Assembly (NCBI GenBank): GCA_050302075.1
Contig: JBNLAH010000001.1
Location: 196,157-260,156, forward strand
DNA: 64,000 nucleotides
Direction of reading: 5' to 3'
Source of the DNA: Parachlamydiales bacterium
GTDB lineage: Bacteria > Chlamydiota > Chlamydiia > Chlamydiales > SM23-39
Made by a program: the position numbers and the translations under genes. Below are positions 32,257 through 42,412 of this stretch, one piece after another; the first letter of the stretch is position 1; each line of letters opens with the position of its first letter. The notes under the pieces were generated by a model. The model made no database searches. It was not told the DNA's origin and saw nothing but the letters and a program-made list of their open reading frames with translations.

Positions 32257-33120
32257 TTAAGGTATAACAACTTCTGCTTTTGACTGTGAAACCCATTTTC
32301 CTGTTTCTAGAAAATGGCTGACTTGTTTTTTTGCTATATTTTCATCTAAATCACAAGGAAGGTCATTTGCACCTGTATAATGAATTCCCAATACTTTAGT
32401 GCGGCCTTCTAGTGATTGAGCTACTGACTTAAGGTTGTGCATCTTGTCATCAATAAAGATTACCTTTTTAGGGATCCAATTAATTTCCTTAAAGAAGCTC
32501 ATTAAAACAGGACCTTTATCATGCAAAGATGTTATTAGAACTCCTGACTTATAAATAGGAGGGAACTCAAGACTTGGATCTTTAGCAAGCTTAAGGGTTC
32601 CTATATCAGATAATTTATTTCCAATCCCAAATTGAAACCCAAATTTTTGTAATTCGTCGACTCTCCAGTCAATAAAACTCTCTACTTTTCCAATTTTTCC
32701 TCCTGGAGCTGCAGTAAAAGCTATTACTGGAATTTCTTCTCGCTGTTTTTTTTCTATAAAATCAATGCTTTTATTATTGATTACAGAGTGGGGGGCTTTC
32801 ATCAATATCTCGCGAAAAATATACCTTTTTTCTCCATGTTCGTTGACAGCGACTTTTTTGCCTCCTAATAATTGGTCTAGGTATTTTTCCCACTTAGGTT
32901 TTAAGATAGGATCATTTGGAGTTATCAGAGTTTGATCAACATCAAAAAGTACCAAAGTCTCTTTGTCAGCGTCTTCAAGCAGTTTTTCTATGAAATTCCA
33001 GTCACTAGTTTTAAGGATTTCAGAAGCAGATTGCTTTGAGTCTACACAGGTAGTAGAATAGCTTGGAATTGAATTAGATAAAAATAAAAACACTAGAAAT
33101 AATTTTAAAAATAAATTCAT
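32257..33120 (-). CDS. Exported HAD-superfamily protein (DUF2608-like)
   Basis: LFDVDQTL, FTA, KG and IFIDD...NL; signal peptide from ATG 33120. Confidence 0.8.
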   Translation of the reverse strand: MNLFLKLFLVFLFLSNSIPSYSTTCVDSKQSASEILKTSDWNFIEKLLEDADKETLVLFDVDQTLITPNDPILKPKWEKYLDQLLGGKKVAVNEHGEKRYIFREILMKAPHSVINNKSIDFIEKKQREEIPVIAFTAAPGGKIGKVESFIDWRVDELQKFGFQFGIGNKLSDIGTLKLAKDPSLEFPPIYKSGVLITSLHDKGPVLMSFFKEINWIPKKVIFIDDKMHNLKSVAQSLEGRTKVLGIHYTGANDLPCDLDENIAKKQVSHFLETGKWVSQSKAEVVIP

Positions 33121-33285
33121 TTTAAAACCAATTATTGTTACAATGAAATGAGATGTTATTTTAACAAAGGTCAATTTTATTGTATTTTGTTAAAATAATA
33201 ATATTATTATTTTTCTGGAAAAAAATCTAAAAATGCTTTTATATTTCTATTCTCAAATTTTTTAAAAGTTTGTCTAGATATTTTA

Positions 33286-33900
33286 ATGAGTAATAATAAT
33301 ATTTTTTTATTAGAGGATATTCCAGCAGTTCCTTTTTACTTCATTAGACATGGAGAGACAGATTGGAATGTAAACAAGTTATGTCAGGGTAGAAAGGATA
33401 TTCCCTTAAACACTAATGGTATTAAAAGTGCATATTCTGCAGCAAAAAAGCTTGCAAATGTTTCTTTTGACCTTATTTTGACAAGTCCCTTGCTTCGGGC
33501 TAAGCAAACTGCTGAAATTCTATCAAAAGAACTAAAAGTCGATTTTGAAATTGCAGAAGAATTTGCTGAGCGGGGCTTTGGCGAGCTGGAAGGTAAGTCA
33601 AGTTTTCTAATGTATGAATTTGAAAAACAAGAAATAAAAGGGAATATTTCTGAGACTTTGAAAGTTGAAAAAATAGAGGATCTTCAATCTAGAGTCAAAA
33701 AAGGTCTGAAAAATATTTTAGATCCAAATTTGCAAGTTTTATTAGTTTCGCATGGGAGGCTTTTTTTTGCGCTTAATCAAATGCTTTCAATAAAGCTGAT
33801 AAACCAAATTCAGAATACAGAGCCGCTTCTTATTAAACCAAGCAAGGGCCATTGGGAGATAATAGACTCATCTGATGAGAGTTTTTATCTATTAAAATAG
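33286..33900 (+). CDS. Histidine phosphatase family protein
   Basis: IRHGETDWN, SPLLRAKQTA, FGELEG and VSHG. Confidence 0.9.
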   Translation: MSNNNIFLLEDIPAVPFYFIRHGETDWNVNKLCQGRKDIPLNTNGIKSAYSAAKKLANVSFDLILTSPLLRAKQTAEILSKELKVDFEIAEEFAERGFGELEGKSSFLMYEFEKQEIKGNISETLKVEKIEDLQSRVKKGLKNILDPNLQVLLVSHGRLFFALNQMLSIKLINQIQNTEPLLIKPSKGHWEIIDSSDESFYLLK

Positions 33901-33923
33901 ATTAAGTACAAGAAAATTCAATT

Positions 33924-34544
33924 TTAATAGTTTAGAATCTCAACTTCTCCACTTTTCAAATGATAGTATGCTGGAAAAATTTGTAATTTTTCATTTTTGA
34001 TAAGCTTCTTGAAGCCTTTGTTCTGTGCTAACTTATTTCTCATTGCTATAGCATTGGCTTTAATTGCAGCTTCTAAACGATCTTGGTGATTCTTCAATCT
34101 TATTTTTTTGACAGATGGAGAAATAAGCGCTGCTATCTCAGGGATGTCTTTGTCTTGTTTCTGTAGAACAGCGTTCACTGCTCCACAATTTTCATGACCA
34201 AGTACTAAGATAATAGATGAATGTAATTGATGGACAGCATAAGCAATGCTTTCTTTTGCAGTAGAATCTATAACATTACCAGCAAGCCGAACAACAAAAA
34301 GGTCTCCTATTCCTTCGTCAAAGATAATCTCAGGACTGACTCTTGAATCAGAGCAGCTCACAACTACAGCAAAAGGCTCCTGTTCAAAAACAGTTTCTTT
34401 CCTCCTTTCTAGAGTTCGATTTGGATGAATAAGATTTCCATTCATAAATCTATTATTCCCATCAAGCAATCGATTAAGGTCATTTGAATCCCCAAACAAT
34501 CCACAAGAGGTTAAAAATAGCGATAATATGAATAGACGGACCAT
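33924..34544 (-). CDS. Beta-class carbonic anhydrase, probable lipoprotein
   Basis: CSDSRV, GDLFVVRLAGN and GHENCGAV; lipobox LTSC. Confidence 0.9.
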   Translation of the reverse strand: MVRLFILSLFLTSCGLFGDSNDLNRLLDGNNRFMNGNLIHPNRTLERRKETVFEQEPFAVVVSCSDSRVSPEIIFDEGIGDLFVVRLAGNVIDSTAKESIAYAVHQLHSSIILVLGHENCGAVNAVLQKQDKDIPEIAALISPSVKKIRLKNHQDRLEAAIKANAIAMRNKLAQNKGFKKLIKNEKLQIFPAYYHLKSGEVEILNY

Positions 34545-34841
34545 TAGTTTTCTCCTTTTTCACAATGAAATTATTCGAAAATCGTTCTAAAAAAATTTTC
34601 GTAAAAAGTTAAGCTATTAAATCAAAATAAAGCTCTTTATTTTCTTAATAAGAAGAATAAGTTGATAAAATCAATTGTTTTTTGTCAGGTAGTTCTGATG
34701 TCCACTTTTTAACTATTGTGATTTAAAGATATGTATTGACTGTGAGATTTCCAAGTAAAGAGATTGATATTAGATCTTTAATTTGGAATTATTTTTTGGT
34801 TTTTGTAGACTTTGCGCAAATTAAACTAGTATTGGGAAAAA

Positions 34842-35417
34842 ATGAAACTTGAACTCGATTGTACTTGGGACAATAAGAAAAATAGAGCAAAGCAAAGAAT
34901 CCAGTTTGACTATCTTCCTAAATCAATTTTTGGGATGCCTGTAGATAAAATAACTTTAATACAAAAGTTAGCTCAAAGGGCGCATGTTGAAGGACCTTCT
35001 ATTCTTAAAGATATAGAGGAAATTTCAAATCAATTTCCTAAAAGTCTCTATGCTCTACTGAATTATTATAAGACTTTACAGTTTTTTGAATATTTAGAAG
35101 AGGTAGATGAAGTTTTTATAAAAATGAAAAAACTATTTCCAGAAGAAATTTTTACAAAATGTATTGCTAGTGAATTACTTTTAAATAATAAGGAATATGA
35201 AAAGTTTCCAGAAATTTTCAATCATATTGAGGTGCTAAAGGGTGCTTTTCCTAAAAGACGGGACTTCTTTTTTGAAGAGGCACTTTTTTTCCATAATTTA
35301 TGGGGGCGCTATTTATTTGAGACAGGTAATGGATTTCAAGCTGAAAAGCACAAAAAGCTTATCTTATTAATCGTAAATACGCTGCAAAACTATCAAATGA
35401 TTTCTTCCCAAATTTAA
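34842..35417 (+). CDS. Hypothetical alpha-helical protein
   Basis: 191 aa ATG ORF; no clear motif. Confidence 0.6.
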   Translation: MKLELDCTWDNKKNRAKQRIQFDYLPKSIFGMPVDKITLIQKLAQRAHVEGPSILKDIEEISNQFPKSLYALLNYYKTLQFFEYLEEVDEVFIKMKKLFPEEIFTKCIASELLLNNKEYEKFPEIFNHIEVLKGAFPKRRDFFFEEALFFHNLWGRYLFETGNGFQAEKHKKLILLIVNTLQNYQMISSQI

Positions 35418-35611
35418 AAATTACAAAGAATTAAGGGCAAAGACAGCTATTTAAAACTTCTTAGTTACAACGTCTAATAAGTATAGATAGAGGTGCTTTG
35501 GGATCTAAACATGAAAAAAATTGTCAGATCAAAGGAATGTAAAAGTTTTATTCAGCAGCTTTTAGAATTTTCAGATGAAAAGTAATATCATTTGGATTTA
35601 CAATTTAGGCT

Positions 35612-36220
35612 ATGAATATTCAAAATTTTTCTCCCAAGACTTTCAAAAAAATTGATGTTACTAATTTAAGAAAATCACTGATGTTTTACCATGTTAAGGA
35701 ACTAAGAGAGCTCGCTGTTAGGTTATCTCTAGTAGATAGAGGAAATAAGAAAATGATTATTCTTCGCATCTGTCACTTTTTATCAACAGGAGAAAAACTG
35801 GCAGTTCCAAAGTTTCCAAAAGAGTCCTGTGCTCAGAGAGGAAAAACCTATCATTTAGAGCAAAATGCATTAATGCTGAAAGGTGCATATAAAAATGATT
35901 TAAAAACCAGAGAGTTTTTTAAAAGTTTCATTGGCCCACACTTTCACTTCACAGCTTTTGGGATTGATTGGTTAAATGAGAAATGGCTTGAAGGTAACCC
36001 ACCAACTTATCTTGAATTCGCAAATATGTGGGAAGATGAGTATCGCAGGAGAAAAGAGAATCCAGCTTCTCCAAAAGAGGAATGGGCGTATATTAATTTT
36101 GTGAAAAAGTTTTTGGAAGTCTCGCCAGAAGCAACCCAATCAAATATTCATAAAGCTTGGCAAAAAGAGCGAGAAAAGCAAAAGGCTAAAGCCAATCAGC
36201 TTATTGAGAATTTTTTGTGA
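35612..36220 (+). CDS. SAP-like/DUF6434-like protein
   Basis: VKELRELA..L.L...GNK..II.RI..FL.TG; YKND..TREFFKSFIGPHFHF; EWAYINF. Confidence 0.65.
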   Translation: MNIQNFSPKTFKKIDVTNLRKSLMFYHVKELRELAVRLSLVDRGNKKMIILRICHFLSTGEKLAVPKFPKESCAQRGKTYHLEQNALMLKGAYKNDLKTREFFKSFIGPHFHFTAFGIDWLNEKWLEGNPPTYLEFANMWEDEYRRRKENPASPKEEWAYINFVKKFLEVSPEATQSNIHKAWQKEREKQKAKANQLIENFL

Positions 36221-36350
36221 AGTTTATAATTCATAATTCTAGAAGAAAGTTATCTCTTAATAATCGATAATGTTGGATGTAATTTTGTCGTACTTTAGAA
36301 AAATTGCTATTGAAAAAACAGCATCTCCTCTTGAAGATACTGGTTATTAA

Positions 36351-37172
36351 CTATTGAGATTTTTCTAAGTGTAATTGATATAAAGAAAATGAATTGCTGA
36401 AAATATGCACAGTAGAAGAAGAAGTAACTCCTCCTGTTATTTCCCTTGATAATCCCCAGAAAAGGGAGGTTAAAAAAATTGTATTAAAAACAGCAAGATT
36501 AAACCATCCTTGACTAGGTCTACAATGTAAGATTGTAAAAATCAAGGAACTCCAAAAAACACGTATTATTTTACTACTATCACTATCTGGATTTTTTTGA
36601 TAGCTCCTCATGACAGAATGAAGTTTTTTTCTAAAAACCAATTCTTCTAAAACAGGGATAAAAAATGCTACGTCAAAGATCCGAAGGGGCTCAAATTTAA
36701 AATTTTTAATAATTTCTTGTGTGGCTTCAAATTCAAGTTTGAAAGTATTTAAAAGTTTTATAGTGGATTTTAAAGTCATTTCTGACATGGGGATAGTTAT
36801 ACTAGATAGGATAAACCCTAATGCTAGTTGTTTTATTTTACTCGTTTTAAGTAGATCTAAAGATTTTCCCAAACAAAGTCTTGAAAAAGCATTTCTTAGA
36901 AGAAGCGAACTCATCTTCTGATATGTAGAAGAGTTCCATTTTTTGTAATTTCGATAGCTCTTAATGTAACTATAACTTCTGATCGGCAGAGTAAATACAT
37001 CTACTGTAGAAGAATACCCTAAATTAAGAAAAAATTTAAGGAAGTCTGTTGTTTTTTTTGAACTTTTTAAGTTCGCCAAACTTAATCTGGAATTATCCAT
37101 AAGTGAAAAAGTAGGAGAGATAGCCAAACCTAATCTATTATAAGTTAAAGAAGTATCTGAATAAAAGCTCAT
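36351..37172 (-). CDS. CPBP family protease-like membrane protein
   Basis: PVLEELVFR, FTILH and HIFSN. Confidence 0.75.
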   Translation of the reverse strand: MSFYSDTSLTYNRLGLAISPTFSLMDNSRLSLANLKSSKKTTDFLKFFLNLGYSSTVDVFTLPIRSYSYIKSYRNYKKWNSSTYQKMSSLLLRNAFSRLCLGKSLDLLKTSKIKQLALGFILSSITIPMSEMTLKSTIKLLNTFKLEFEATQEIIKNFKFEPLRIFDVAFFIPVLEELVFRKKLHSVMRSYQKNPDSDSSKIIRVFWSSLIFTILHCRPSQGWFNLAVFNTIFLTSLFWGLSREITGGVTSSSTVHIFSNSFSLYQLHLEKSQ

Positions 37173-37328
37173 TTTCCCTTTTTTTTTGCGATCATTTTAA
37201 TATTTTTATTACTTTTAAATAAAGTAATTGTAGTATTTATCATTACTTAATGATTTAATTTAACATAAAATATTAATTTTATCACGAGCTGGTACTTTTT
37301 TTTAACAAAGCTTGATATACTCATATCT

Positions 37329-37856
37329 TTAAGTAGGATCGATGAGTTGTCCATTTTTCGATACATATGTTTCAGTACACAAGCTTCGATTAAAACAACA
37401 AGGTCTTCGTTTTCCTTTCAGCAACATAGCGCAAGCATTCTCAATTCGTCGCTTACGCGTTTCTGGTTGTTTAGTTGAGCGTATCCAGCGGATCCAATCC
37501 CAACGTGCCATTGTTGTGATTTCTATCCATGTACCGAGCGCTTTTGAGGTGGCCAGAGCCTCTTTCAAATCTGATGGTATCTCAGGTTCTAGCCATTCTT
37601 TTGTTGGTTCTATTTCAAGTGTTACGGTATCTCCTGCATTTATCTTAGCAGCATCGCTCATTGTTTGGCTTATCCTAAACCAGTGACTTCCTTTACCATC
37701 TGGCTCTAGCTCCATTTGAAAGTGGAACCCATTAATAATTCCTTTAATCATTGTCATACCTCTAGAAGGGAGCTTTGCGCTTGCACTTTCTGGCAATCTG
37801 AGGATAGTCCAAGAACCTATTTTAAATAATTTTGCTTCAAAATGAATAATTGACAT
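37329..37856 (-). CDS. DUF1905 + YdeI/OmpD-associated protein
   Basis: LPSRG...G.ING..F...LEPDGKGSHW, and PSDL..AL...WIRSTKQPETRKRRI. Confidence 0.8.
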   Translation of the reverse strand: MSIIHFEAKLFKIGSWTILRLPESASAKLPSRGMTMIKGIINGFHFQMELEPDGKGSHWFRISQTMSDAAKINAGDTVTLEIEPTKEWLEPEIPSDLKEALATSKALGTWIEITTMARWDWIRWIRSTKQPETRKRRIENACAMLLKGKRRPCCFNRSLCTETYVSKNGQLIDPT

Positions 37857-38055
37857 ATATCTCTTGTTATTTTTTATTGATGATCCTGTGGCTAGCTCAA
37901 TAATATAGCAGCCAAAATTTGAAGTAAATTTTCGCAAAAATTCTCATTTATTTTAAGAACTACCGTTATCTATAGAATGCAATAAACATGATGTAGCAAT
38001 GATAGATTGCGACTAAAACTTTATAAAAGATAATCAAAATAAAGACTGAACCAAG

Positions 38056-38523
38056 TTATAAGGCATTTGATTGATTTATCATTTTGATATGAAGGATGCC
38101 ATCTTCATCAAACGGGGAACCAACGCTCTGATACTTATGACTCTCGTAAAATTTCTTCAAATACAGCTGAGCTGAAATAATTATTGGAGTGGTATTCTTA
38201 ATTTTTTTTAAATAGAGCTCAATTTGAGCCATCATTTCGTTTGCAATTCCTTGGCCTCGTTCCGATTTTTTTACTACAACGCGGCCAAAACTTAAGGCAT
38301 CAGTATATAATGTCCCTATTGGAAAGAACCTCAAATAAGCTACCAAATTGTTATTTTTTATACCTAGAAGATGTATTGTTTTTTGATCTTGGTAGTCGAT
38401 ATCTTGATAAATGCATTTTTGCTCGACAGCAAAGACTTCTTCTCGCAAATTTAAAATATCATAAAGCTCTTGATTAGTCAGTTCTTGAAATGAGAGCCAT
38501 TTCCAGTTTATCATGGTTTGCAA
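38056..38523 (-). CDS. elaA: ElaA-like GNAT acetyltransferase
   Basis: ELY.IL.LR.EVF.VEQ.C.YQDID, GRVVV, SAQ.YL..FY and EDGI.H. Confidence 0.85.
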   Translation of the reverse strand: MQTMINWKWLSFQELTNQELYDILNLREEVFAVEQKCIYQDIDYQDQKTIHLLGIKNNNLVAYLRFFPIGTLYTDALSFGRVVVKKSERGQGIANEMMAQIELYLKKIKNTTPIIISAQLYLKKFYESHKYQSVGSPFDEDGILHIKMINQSNAL

Positions 38524-38806
38524 ATTTGCTTTTTTTTGAGGAATTATTCCAACTAGTATTTAAAAAAACAAGTCCTTGAATATTTTGAAGTGAAAAAGGA
38601 ATAGCTTTTAGAGACAGAGAAATAGAAAACCGGTTTTGCTAGTTGATTCTGATAAAAAGCTTTTTATTCATTAATTTACTCACTTATACCTGGAAATTTG
38701 AAGAAAAGAATCTATGAAAATATCAGATAGGAAAAATTCATGTTTAAATTTCGGCGGTTGGTATTTCCAGAATACTTTACAATCCAAGTTCGATGAGGAA
38801 TAAAAG

Positions 38807-39856
38807 ATGATACCTATTGAGATGAAAAAAAAGTATTACAGAGCTTTAGTTGCTAAAGATCCAAATTATGACGGTGTTTTTTATGTCGGGGTAAAGAGTA
38901 CTGGAGTTTTTTGCAGATCAGTTTGTCCAGCTCGCAAGCCGAAATTTGAGAACTGTGAATTTTATGCTGTAGCAAAAGAAGCTCTTTTGGCTGGTTTTCG
39001 ACCTTGTAAGCGTTGTCTTCCATTGTCTTATCCAGATGAAGTTCCAGAAGTAGTTCGTGAGCTAATTCAAGCAATAGAAGATCATCCAGAAAAAAAGTGG
39101 AAGGAAGCAGATTTTCGTAAAAAATCAACCAGTGCAGCTCAAGCGTCCAGGCTTTTTAAAAAGAGGTTTGGGATGACTTTTGTTGCCTATGCTAGAGCTC
39201 ATCGCTTAGCAATGGCACTGAAACAAATCAAAGGGCGAAGAGCTGTGATTGAGGCTCAGATCGATTCTGGATATGATTCAGGTAGTGGATTTCGTGATGC
39301 TTTTTCTAAAATCATGGGTACTCCACCTGCAAAATCAAAAGAAGTAAGGCTTTTGAAAGCTGATTGGATTGATACTCCACTTGGGCCAATGGTTGCAATT
39401 GCTGATGAAAGGGCTTTATATCAATTAGAATTTATAAATAATCGTAGAATAGAACAAGAAATTCAGAGACTTCAAGATAAACTCAATATGACGATAATTC
39501 CAGGGAAAACAGAGGTTATCAATTTAATAGAAAAAGAGCTTAATCAGTATTTTAAAGGTGGGTTAGAACAGTTTCTTACACCAATAATGATGATTGGGAC
39601 TCCCTTTCAAAAGAGAGTGTGGTTAGAACTTAAGAAAATTCCCATAGGAGAGACTCGCTCTTATTCCGATATTGCTAAAAAATTGGGAACTTCAAAAGCT
39701 GTTCGTGCTGTTGGAAGTGCAAATGGGGCTAATCGACTGGCTATTATAATTCCCTGTCATCGAGTGATCAATATTGACGGTCGGCTCGGAGGTTATAAAG
39801 GTGGTCTTGCTCGAAAAAATTGGTTACTTGAACATGAGGCTAAATATGAGAAGTGA
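38807..39856 (+). CDS. ada: Bifunctional Ada regulator / O6-methylguanine-DNA methyltransferase
   Basis: TGVFCRSVCPAR, GFRPCKRC, AraC HTH and IIPCHRVI. Confidence 0.92.
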   Translation: MIPIEMKKKYYRALVAKDPNYDGVFYVGVKSTGVFCRSVCPARKPKFENCEFYAVAKEALLAGFRPCKRCLPLSYPDEVPEVVRELIQAIEDHPEKKWKEADFRKKSTSAAQASRLFKKRFGMTFVAYARAHRLAMALKQIKGRRAVIEAQIDSGYDSGSGFRDAFSKIMGTPPAKSKEVRLLKADWIDTPLGPMVAIADERALYQLEFINNRRIEQEIQRLQDKLNMTIIPGKTEVINLIEKELNQYFKGGLEQFLTPIMMIGTPFQKRVWLELKKIPIGETRSYSDIAKKLGTSKAVRAVGSANGANRLAIIIPCHRVINIDGRLGGYKGGLARKNWLLEHEAKYEK

Positions 39857-40418
39857 TAATCAAAGATGTTTCGGAACAGGAAAAGAATTCTATGAAAAGT
39901 ATCATGATGAGGAATGGGGGGTTCCCGTTCACGACGATCGACTTCTTTTCGAAATGCTTTGTTTAGAAGGAGCACAAGCTGGTTTAAGCTGGGAGACAAT
40001 TCTTAAGAGACGAGATGGGTATCGATATTTATTTCATCTATTTGAACCAGAAATTGTAGCGAAAATGACAGATAATGAGCTTGAAAAATTGCTAAAGGAT
40101 CCAAGAATCATCAGAAATCGTCAAAAAGTATTTAGCGTACGAAAAAATGCGAAGGTAGTATTGAAAATTCAAGAGGAGTTTGGATCATTAAATGCCTATC
40201 TCTGGAGCTTTGTAGATAATAAGCCCATTATTAATCACTTTGAGAAAATAGATGAGATCCCTTCAAGTTCTGCTATTAGCCATGAGCTCTCAAAGGATTT
40301 AAAAAGAAGAGGTATGTCGTTTGTAGGTACAACAATAATTTATGCATTTATGCAAGCTGTTGGAATAGTAAATGATCACTTAATAAAATGCCCATGTCAT
40401 TTAAATTCTAAAATTTGA
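39846..40418 (+). CDS. tag: DNA-3-methyladenine glycosylase I
   Basis: YHDEEWG.P, LEGAQAGLSW, IIRNRQK and QAVG.VNDH...C; ATG 39846 overlaps the end of ada. Confidence 0.93.
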   Translation: MRSDNQRCFGTGKEFYEKYHDEEWGVPVHDDRLLFEMLCLEGAQAGLSWETILKRRDGYRYLFHLFEPEIVAKMTDNELEKLLKDPRIIRNRQKVFSVRKNAKVVLKIQEEFGSLNAYLWSFVDNKPIINHFEKIDEIPSSSAISHELSKDLKRRGMSFVGTTIIYAFMQAVGIVNDHLIKCPCHLNSKI

Positions 40419-40604
40419 GAGCTATTGCAGAGTAAGATAAAATAACCTTAACCTACACTAAACCAACATCTTAATTTCAATCTTCTTTGTTTTTTTATTC
40501 GTTTAATTTTGGAAAAATTACAATTAATTAATTTAATGTTCGGTTTTTTTATTGATTGTTTTTATTTTTATGTTTAATAATTTCTATTTTTTATAGGAGT
40601 TATT

Positions 40605-41177
40605 ATGAAAAAAATTATCTTTTTGTTCTTTATGGGATTCGCAACTTTAGCTTTTTCAGACCAACTTATTATTCCTTCTGAAACAGTAGACTCTAAACTG
40701 AGTTTTCCTAATGAAACAAAACAAAGCCCTAAGCAAGGATTTTTCTATGTTCGTTTTGCTGCTGCAGAAAAAAAACTGAAAAAAAATTCTGATATTTTAC
40801 CCGGTCTTGGTTTTGGCTATCGTAAGTTAACTGGAAATGGGGCTGCAGATATTTCTATTAGCGGAATAGGTATTCAAGAGGACAGAAACAGCAAATTTGT
40901 TTGGACAGCTCCAAAGGCTTCTTATATTCATTTTCTCACACCTGAGGCACAAAAAAGTACATATGTAGGAGGTGGTTTAGCTTGGGGTGGAATAAGTTCA
41001 AGCAAACAAAAATTTATCGGTCTTATCACATATGCAACAATAGGTTATGAATTTCTTCGAAAAAGTGATGTTCTAGGATTTTCTGAACTGAACATCAGTC
41101 AAGCAGCTATCAAAGTTTATCAAAGAGGAAAATTTCCAGAACCTGTAGTTGAATTTACAGTGGGAATGGGATTTTAA
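40605..41177 (+). CDS. Small outer-membrane beta-barrel-like protein
   Basis: Signal peptide, alternating Gly/aromatic strands and C-terminal Phe (VGMGF). Confidence 0.6.
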   Translation: MKKIIFLFFMGFATLAFSDQLIIPSETVDSKLSFPNETKQSPKQGFFYVRFAAAEKKLKKNSDILPGLGFGYRKLTGNGAADISISGIGIQEDRNSKFVWTAPKASYIHFLTPEAQKSTYVGGGLAWGGISSSKQKFIGLITYATIGYEFLRKSDVLGFSELNISQAAIKVYQRGKFPEPVVEFTVGMGF

Positions 41178-41549
41178 TTCGATCGTGTTGGTATCTAGCT
41201 GATATATCCTTATATAAAGCACCGCATTAAGCAAAACTTTTTATTAGGGAGAGTTTTTACGCAATTTTTTCTCCCTACAATAAGTTGCTGTTGAAGCTGA
41301 TTATTTACAGTTAGATCCATGATTCCATATGTCCAAGCATTTTAATTTTAGAAATAGGATCTAAAAGGCTGGTGAACAAAAACCATTGAAAACTTAGCAA
41401 AAGATATTAAATTATTTTTCTTTAAAAAATAGAAAAATTTTTATTACAGTTTTAGTGAATTTTTTTTAAGTTTAAATCTTAAATTCAGATAATTTACTTC
41501 TGATATCTTTTATTTTCATTTATAATATCTTAGATATTTTGGATTAAAA

Positions 41550-42224
41550 ATGAATTGTGTTGTCAATTTTATTTTAGGAACCATCTGTTCACAAGTAGCA
41601 GATAGAGGATTAGCAAATTCATTGGGTGTAGAAACCCTCAAACATGGGACAAGTTTTTTTTCCTATGCGAATATCCGCAGGCTTGGAGGCGTGCCAAAAT
41701 ATGAAAGTTTTTCATCAAAGTTATTAGCAAATTCTCTCAAAAAGAACTCAAGTTATTTTTATGTGTTTAAGGAAAATATATCTTTTTATAAAGGCTTAGT
41801 GTTGCCACGTATGCACATAATTAACAGCTCTGTTAGGACCATCCAAAAGCAAATTCCTTTTGATTCTTTTCTTGGAAAATCTCTAATTGCCTTAGGTGCA
41901 GCAATAAATGTTATAGCGACCCCCACTATCAATTTTCGATATCGAAAAGAAGAAATAACAGGACGCTTTGAAAGTGACCTTCAGTACCGTTTTGGGAAGT
42001 CAAAAGAGTCTTCAATAGCCTACAAGACTAAGGAAAAAGTAGAGAATTGGCGTATTGGTTCAATTCTAGTTGGAGTAAATGCTTCATGGTTAAATCGAGT
42101 GAAGGAAAATCCCAGACAACTATTAAAGGGTGTAATTCAGCTCATTGGAGCAGTTCTTCTTACTTGGTATGCAGGTAATTCAGTAAGAACTATTTCATTT
42201 GTCGCAGGGGCTATTCTTGCTTGA
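41550..42224 (+). CDS. Hypothetical protein with C-terminal hydrophobic segments
   Basis: 224 aa ORF; no family recognised. Confidence 0.6.
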   Translation: MNCVVNFILGTICSQVADRGLANSLGVETLKHGTSFFSYANIRRLGGVPKYESFSSKLLANSLKKNSSYFYVFKENISFYKGLVLPRMHIINSSVRTIQKQIPFDSFLGKSLIALGAAINVIATPTINFRYRKEEITGRFESDLQYRFGKSKESSIAYKTKEKVENWRIGSILVGVNASWLNRVKENPRQLLKGVIQLIGAVLLTWYAGNSVRTISFVAGAILA

Positions 42225-42412
42225 TCTCCAATATCATCTACCCAAAATGATATTAGGTTGCGATTAAGATTTAAAGGCAGAGAGAGATACATTTAGGACT
42301 ACTTTTCTCACAGTTTTATTTCCATTTATCTTTCTCAAAAAAACAACTGATTTGAATTTTAATTAAGTAATACATAGCATATTCAGCATTCTTAATTATA
42401 ATAATAAGTTAC

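Noticed and set aside
35555..35578. Possible further att repeat (GCAGCTTTTAGAATTTTCAGATGA)
   Set aside because: Weak match to the tail only, with no upstream TGGAGGTGGAGAGA.
41223..41249. Possible further att repeat (CGCATTAAGCAAAACTTTTTATTAGG)
   Set aside because: Needs a 3 nt gap and lacks the tmRNA half; could be chance in AT-rich DNA.
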